From assembly GCA_033442325.1 (NCBI GenBank), contig JAWQFM010000004.1, forward strand, positions 395,313-427,165: 31,853 nt of DNA. The letters are read 5' to 3'. Below the pieces are notes generated by a model, which was not told the origin of the DNA, did not search any database, and saw only the letters and a list, made by a program, of their open reading frames with translations. Shown here piece after piece: positions 25,889 to 31,853 of this stretch. Position 1 is the first letter of the stretch; each line of letters opens with the position of its first letter. Made by a program: the position numbers and the translations under genes. This DNA comes from Salpingoeca rosetta. Taxonomy: Eukaryota > Protista > Choanoflagellata.

Positions 25889-28800
25889 ATACACACACAC
25901 CATACACACACACCATACACACACACACACAATACACACAATACACACAACACACAATACACGCTGCCCGTGCAGTCATGTGGGCGATGTACCGCCCGCG
26001 GGTGAAGGTGCGCAGCAGCACGGCACGGCGCACCACCACCAGCAGTGACGATGAAGACGGTGATGGTGCAACACCACGATCACCACGACTGTCGTCAACA
26101 GCAGCAACAACGCCAATGTCAGCTGCAACACCACACAGCGCCAGCACCACCACCACCACCGCCAGCACACGTTTCAGCTACAGTGACCGTGACGAAACCA
26201 TGACCACCGCCACCACCAGCAGCAGCAGCGGTAGCACAAGCACGGACACGCTCAACGATGATGATGAAGGTGGTGGTGGTGGTGGTGAAGAAGAGGGGGA
26301 GGAGCAACAGGATCACATGGGTGCGGGTGCGCTGGCGGTGTTGCTACGCGATGCACACGCCCTGCACGCAACAGCGACGGCACCACAGAAGCCAGCCGTC
26401 ACGCTGCTGACGGATGTGGCGCAGCTGGCGTTTGAGAGCGCACGCGCGAGCAGGCTTGCATCTGTGCAGACGCTGGACGGCGAGGAGGGTGCAACACCAA
26501 CACCAACACCAACACCAACACCGGCAGCGTCCACTTCAGAGTCGTCGTCATCATTGGCGGTGGTCAGCGAAGGTGGTGGTGATGATGTGGAGGAGGAAGA
26601 TGTGTTTGAGGATGACAACACAGGTGGTGATGCTGACGGAAACAAGCGTGGTGGCGAGACCACGGGCAACAGCCGCAGGGCCAGCGCGACTGCGATACGA
26701 AAGAGCACAAGCAGCCGCCCACGGCGCACAACCACCCGTGGTAGTGATGGTGGTGGTGATGGCATGACGGATGACGAGTTGCACACGTTCACAGCAAAGG
26801 CCGAGCAAATTCTCTCGGAGCATGCGAGCGGGGGTCCCCTGGTCGGGTTCACGGCGCGGGAGTTTGTGGCGTGGTGGCCTGTTGCGGAGTGTGCGCGCGC
26901 CATGCGCGCTGCCCTTGAAGAGCTTCTGCATCTGGTCTTCCTCGCCACGCCGCAGTCACCGGAACTCGAGGGCAGGCTCATCCACAGGCGGCTGCAGCGC
27001 GACAGGTGGGCAAGAGAGTGGTGCTGCTGGTGCTGCTGGTGGGTTGAGTGAGTGGTTGTTCATCTGTTTGGTCGTTCGTTTGCTGCCTCGGTTTTGTGTA
27101 TATTGCCCGTTGCTTGGTTCTAGTTTGTATCACGCACACTCACACACACACACGCGCGCTCACTCACACTATCACAAACGCGCATACGCCCACACGCACA
27201 CTCACACAACTTACCCACTCACACACACTATCACAAACGCGCATACGCCCACACGCACACTCACACAACTTACCCACTCACACACACTATCACAAACGCG
27301 CATACGCCCACACCTACACTCACACAACTTACTCACTCACTCACACTGTCACAAACGCGCATACGCGCACACCAACACACACTATGACGCTATCACACAC
27401 TATCACTCACACGCACACACATTCCCCTCCCCTCCCAGACTGCTTGGCTTCCCCGCCATTGCCGGCGCCACGTGCTATCTGGTGAACGCGTCGTGGTTCC
27501 ATGCGTGGCGCGCGCGCGTGGGCATCTCCCGTGACCTGCAGCACCTGCACTCGCCGCGCCTCGACCTCCCTCCCTGCAAGGAAATCAACAACGACGCCCT
27601 GTGTGTGCCCGGCAACCTCCGTCGTGGCGCCTCCACGCGCCTACGCCCGCACCTCACCCAGGGTGTCGACTATGTGCTCGTCTCCGAGCCCGTGTGGACG
27701 GCGCTCTCGCACTGGCACGGCGGCGGACCAACGCTGCAGCGGCCCGTGTGTCGCATGCAGGATGGCACCGTGCAGCCAGACATCTACCCGCTCGTGCTCC
27801 GTGTGATGCAGCACCAGGGGCCGGGCCTCAAGGCGAGCATCCTTCGCTTCTTTGGCGGCAGCGACCCCGCTGAGACAAAGGCGCCGCAGATTGCGTTTGG
27901 GTTTGCCATTGACGCGTTTCGCACGACGACGTGCAAGCGCCTGCTGAAGAGCGTGTGCCACATGCTGGGCACGGTGCCCAACGGCGTGCGCGGGGTGACG
28001 CCGGACCAGGCGCGCCTGTGGGACTACCGCAGCCCGCGCAAACCCACGCTGCTGACCAACGACGACGCGACGCTGCTTGACCTGCACTTTGGCAACAACG
28101 ACGAGATCCTGCTTGAGTTGCGCAACACGGACCTGAGCTGGCCGTCAGAGATCCTCGCCGTGGCAAAGGCGAACCAGCACGCGGCCGGCGGAGAGACGCT
28201 TGTGGACGTGGCCATGGATACAGAGGGCGGCGCTCCCAGCGTGGCGGCGGCAACGGCGTCGCCGTCGTCAGCGACAACACGCAGGCAGCGGCGAGCGAGC
28301 AGCAATCGCAACCACCACCACCACCACCACCACCACGACGCGCAAACTGGCCGCAGCAGCGACAGCACAAGTGGTAGTGGCCGGTTGCGGAAGAAAGGCA
28401 GGACGGAAGCAGCAGCAGCATCATCATCATCACCAGCGTCGTCATCACCATCACGTGGCCGTGGTGATGACGATACAGACAGCAGCAGCAGCAGCGAGAA
28501 GGAGGTGGTTGTGCATGGGCGTGCCGGTCTGAGCAACCTGGGCAACACATGCTTCCTCAACTCCGCTGTGCAGTGTCTGGTGCACACGCGCCCGCTCACG
28601 GAATATTTCCTGCGGCGGCAACACGTGCTTGAGCTGAACAAGGCCAACCCGCTCGGCCACCAGGGCGTGATTGCGTCAGAGTACGGGCGCCTGGTGTCGC
28701 GCCTGTGGAATGGCAAGGGCTGTGTCGCTCCCGTGAAACTTCGCAGCGCCGTGCAGAAGTTTGCGCCGCATTTTGCCGGCTATCAGCAGCACGACTCGCA

Positions 28801-29731
28801 GGAGTTTTTGTCCTTTCTGCTCGACGGCCTGCACGAGGACCTGAACCGCGTGATGAAGAAGCCGTACGTGGAGCGGAAGGACAGCAACGGACGGCCAGAC
28901 CGCGTTGTTGCGCGCGAGGCGTGGGAGGGGCACCTCTTGCGCAATCGCAGCGTCATCGTGGACATGTTTCAGGGCTTGCTCAAGTCGCGGCTGCGCTGCC
29001 AGACGTGCAAGACAACGAGCGTGGCGTTTGACCCGTACTCGTTCCTCTCCCTGCCGCTGCCGACGGAGGGGCGGTCTGTGGTGGAGATCAAGCTGCACCG
29101 GCTGAGCGGCAAGGCGCCGCGCCTGTACTCCATTGCCCTCAAGACGGAGGAAACATACCGAACCATCCGTGAAGCCCTGGGAAAGTTGGCGGGCCTGCAC
29201 CCAATGGCGATTGTGTTTGTGGACGCAGCCAACTCGCGCATACAGCGCGTGCTGAGCGTGTCCGAGAAGCACCGACCGTCGATGGGCATGTATCTCACCG
29301 CATACGAGATTGACGTACGCGCAACGCAGGTTGCGGTCAGGCAGCAGCAGCAGCAGCAACAGGAGGAGGAACAACAACAGCAGCAGCAGCAGCAGCGGGG
29401 GCAAGGTGGGCTGGGGGCGACAGCTGTGGAGAAGGTGCCACGCGTGGATGACGATGGTGATGATGGCGATGACGATGACGATGACGATGACAACGAGCAA
29501 GGAAACGGCAACGGTGGCGTTGGCGGTGATGGCGTTGGCGGTGATGGCGTTGGCGGTGATGGCGTTGGCAGTGATGGCGTTGGCAGTGATGGCGTTGGCG
29601 GTGATGGCGTTGGCGGTGATGGCGTTGGCGGTGATGGGGATGTGGCGACAGTGAATGCAGGGCAGCACACGCCAGCAGCGACAAATGGTGGCACTGGCAC
29701 AAACAGTCCAGGCCAGCAACAACAACAACTG

Positions 29732-29799
<68 letters not shown>

Positions 29800-29853
29800 G
29801 CCCGCGCCGCCTCTGCCTCCGCCACAGCGCGTTGTTCCCGGTCATTTTGTACG

Positions 29854-29923
<70 letters not shown>

Positions 29924-30582
29924 GGTTGTGGTTGTTTAAGTCGTTGTTGTTGTTGTTGTTGTGGTTGTTTAAGTCGTTGTTTAAGTCGTTGCGATGAATG
30001 CAGGCGTGCATTGCCGCCGTCACGCGTTGCATGGTGTTCTTTCGGTTCCCCTTGCGTTCCCCCTCCCTCTTCCCTCCTCCCCCCTTCCTCCTCGAACTGC
30101 CCTTTCTTCGCCCATCGTATGTCCGCTCACCGCATCCTGCTTATATCTCCTCTCTCCACCTCCTCTGCATCTCCTCTCCACCACCATCCACCCTCGTGTC
30201 AGACGCTGGCCATGCGACGCCAGTATGGGCTGCGGCCGCATTTGCTCGTGCAGCAGCACACCACGCAGCTCTTTGGGCCCCCGCTCCTCCTCCCATTCAT
30301 CAAGTCAGTCACCTGTCGTGTGTAGTTCCTGTCGTTTGTTGCTGTGTGCGTCTGTGTTTGCGTCTGCGTCTGCGTTTGAGGACGCGTTTGAGGACGCGTT
30401 TGAGGACTGTGTCGGCGGAGTTGCGGCGCTATGCTAGTGTGTATTTTCCACTCACGTTCCTGCTCATTGTATTGCAATCACCTCAGCGGTCGCACGCGCT
30501 ACATTGATCTCTACTCCACCGCCTGGCGCCTCGTCGCACGCTTCTTCCACAAGGCGTTCAAGTAAGCTGGAAGAATACATTG

Positions 30583-30669
<87 letters not shown>

Positions 30670-31664
30670 CGACTCACTGTCGAATATCTTTTGGTGTGAG
30701 TCAGCATTTGCTTTGCACTGCACCACGCTCACGTGTCGACGCCCACGCCTATATGCATCACCACCACATCACACCACCACACCACGCCCGTCAGAGCGAC
30801 GGTGAAGCAGGGCACGTTTCCGTTCCGCCTGCGCGTTGTTGCGCGGTCTGCCCCGGCGTGGTGCTACTCCTGCTCATGGGTCAAGTGAGTACGGCCACGC
30901 TGTTGTTTGTTTGTCTGCTCGCTTGTCTGCGTATTGTTCGTTGTTTGCCCGTTTGTTTGTTTGTTTGGTTGGTTGGTTGGTTGTTTGTTTGTTTCGGCTT
31001 TATGTGCCCTCACCCCCCCCCCCCCTCTTCCTGTCCCCTTGCGTGGATGCGTTTCGCATCCCCTCTCCACCCTCTCTTCCTCACCACATCCGCCCACCGC
31101 TGCCAACACCATCACCGTTGCGCTGTTTGCCAGGCGCTGCGAGGGGTGCGTCTTGCCACAGACAACGGACCTTGTAGCCATCCCAAATGCGGCCATGCTG
31201 GTGCTGGAGTGCACGCCGGAGGACTTCCACCTCTACTTCAGGCGACACGAGGAATACGCGCTCACTTTTGTACGCCACACACATACACACACACACATAC
31301 ACATGCATGCAGATGGTGGTGGTGGTGGTGGTGGTGGTTCTTGTGTGTGATTCACACTTGTTTGTGGTGTGCTTGGGGTTGTGTCTTTGTTGCATTCACT
31401 GCGGACACATACACACACACAATCACTCATTCACTCATGCACCAACACACATTCACTCATGCACAATCACACATTCACTCATGCACAATCACACATTCAC
31501 TCATGCACAATCACACATTCACTCATACACACACACCATTGCAGCACGCCTCTGTTGAGCAGGAGCGCCGTGCTGCGCAGAAGCCCGTGACGCTAGACGA
31601 CTGCTTCAAGGCGTTCACACGCGAGGAGAAACTTGACGAGGAGTGGTACTGCTCCACATGCAAG
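23865..31664 (+). CDS. USP32: Ubiquitin-specific protease USP32-like (N-terminal EF-hand region, DUSP, Ubl, USP catalytic domain); continues off the right edge
   Basis: Exons 23865-23916, 24118-24245, 24502-24607, 24810-24931, 25109-25256, [expected exon missing at 25399+], 25976-27005, 27439-29848, 30203-30303, 30487-30561, 30795-30884, 31134-31269, 31545-31664. MGGKSS N-terminus (myristoylation-type), DUSP YLVNASWFHAW...INNDAL, Cys box GLSNLGNTCFLNSAVQCL, QQHDSQEF, LDGLHEDLNRV, LDDCFKAFTREEKL, WYCSTCK. Confidence 0.9.
25399..25847. other. Compositionally foreign, non-repetitive ~450-bp segment inside USP32
   Basis: Begins right after a normal ACTCAC...TGCAG acceptor. All three plus-strand frames stop within 23 codons. 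It has no microsatellite, no TA depletion (about 23 TA by hand count), and no terminal repeats or target-site duplication. Confidence 0.75.
27161..27366. repeat. 59-bp minisatellite, ~3.5 copies (USP32 intron)
   Basis: TCACAAACGCGCATACGC recurs at 27172, 27231, 27290 and 27349 (period 59). Confidence 0.85.
29516..29636 (+). repeat. 15-bp coding tandem repeat GGCGTTGGCRGTGAT, (GVGGD/GVGSD) x8
   Basis: Visible in DNA and in the translation of the large USP32 exon. Confidence 0.9.
29735..29922. repeat. Exonic (CAA)21 poly-Gln followed by intronic (TTG)~23: inverted trinucleotide pair
   Basis: CAA run 29735-29797 and TTG run ~29853-29922, with the splice donor at 29849 between them. Confidence 0.9.
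31450..31526. repeat. 22-bp tandem repeat CATTCACTCATGCACAATCACA, ~3.5 copies (intron 3' end)
   Basis: Units start at 31450, 31472, 31494 and 31516. Confidence 0.85.
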
Positions 31665-31684
31665 GTCAGACCAGTGTGCGTGTG

Positions 31685-31765
<81 letters not shown>

Positions 31766-31853
31766 CTGTCTGTGTGTGTGTGTTTGCGGCTGTGTCTGCC
31801 TACCTGCGTGTGTGTATGCGCTTCATCCGTCCGTGAATCGAGCCCCTCTTCTC

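Noticed and set aside
27161-27366. CRISPR-like array
   Set aside because: The 59-bp units are near-identical throughout with no unique spacers; this is an ordinary intronic minisatellite.
29849-30325. Poly-Cys tract at the end of the 1184-aa ORF
   Set aside because: Read-through of the intronic (TTG)n; the exon ends at the 29849 donor and resumes at 30203.

Overview
Eukaryotic, intron-dense, GC-rich genomic DNA with (CA)n/(TG)n-filled introns and four N gaps. The style suggests a choanoflagellate such as Salpingoeca rosetta (inference only). Manual splice-site reading gives nine genes in order: (1) a 5' exon of a small membrane protein (-); (2) an intronless HAD-IIB hydrolase (-); (3) a disordered nuclear protein with SUMO-related motifs (+, runs into a gap); (4) an 18+-exon protein with DG-turn repeats and C-terminal EF-hands (-, runs into the same gap); (5) a secreted S28 serine peptidase (+); (6) MOB4/phocein (+); (7) SBDS (-); (8) MCM8 (-); (9) USP32-like deubiquitinase (+, runs off the window). 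Most ORF-track entries are microsatellite or antisense artefacts. Main anomalies: a ~450-bp compositionally foreign, random-looking segment (25399-25847) sits where a conserved USP32 EF-hand exon should be; MCM8 lacks a recognisable last exon and its last donor can splice in frame into SBDS; introns show 5'-(TG)n / 3'-(CA)n polarity; and an exonic (CAA)21 can pair with an intronic (TTG)n across a splice donor. Comparisons to human proteins are from memory, not database searches.
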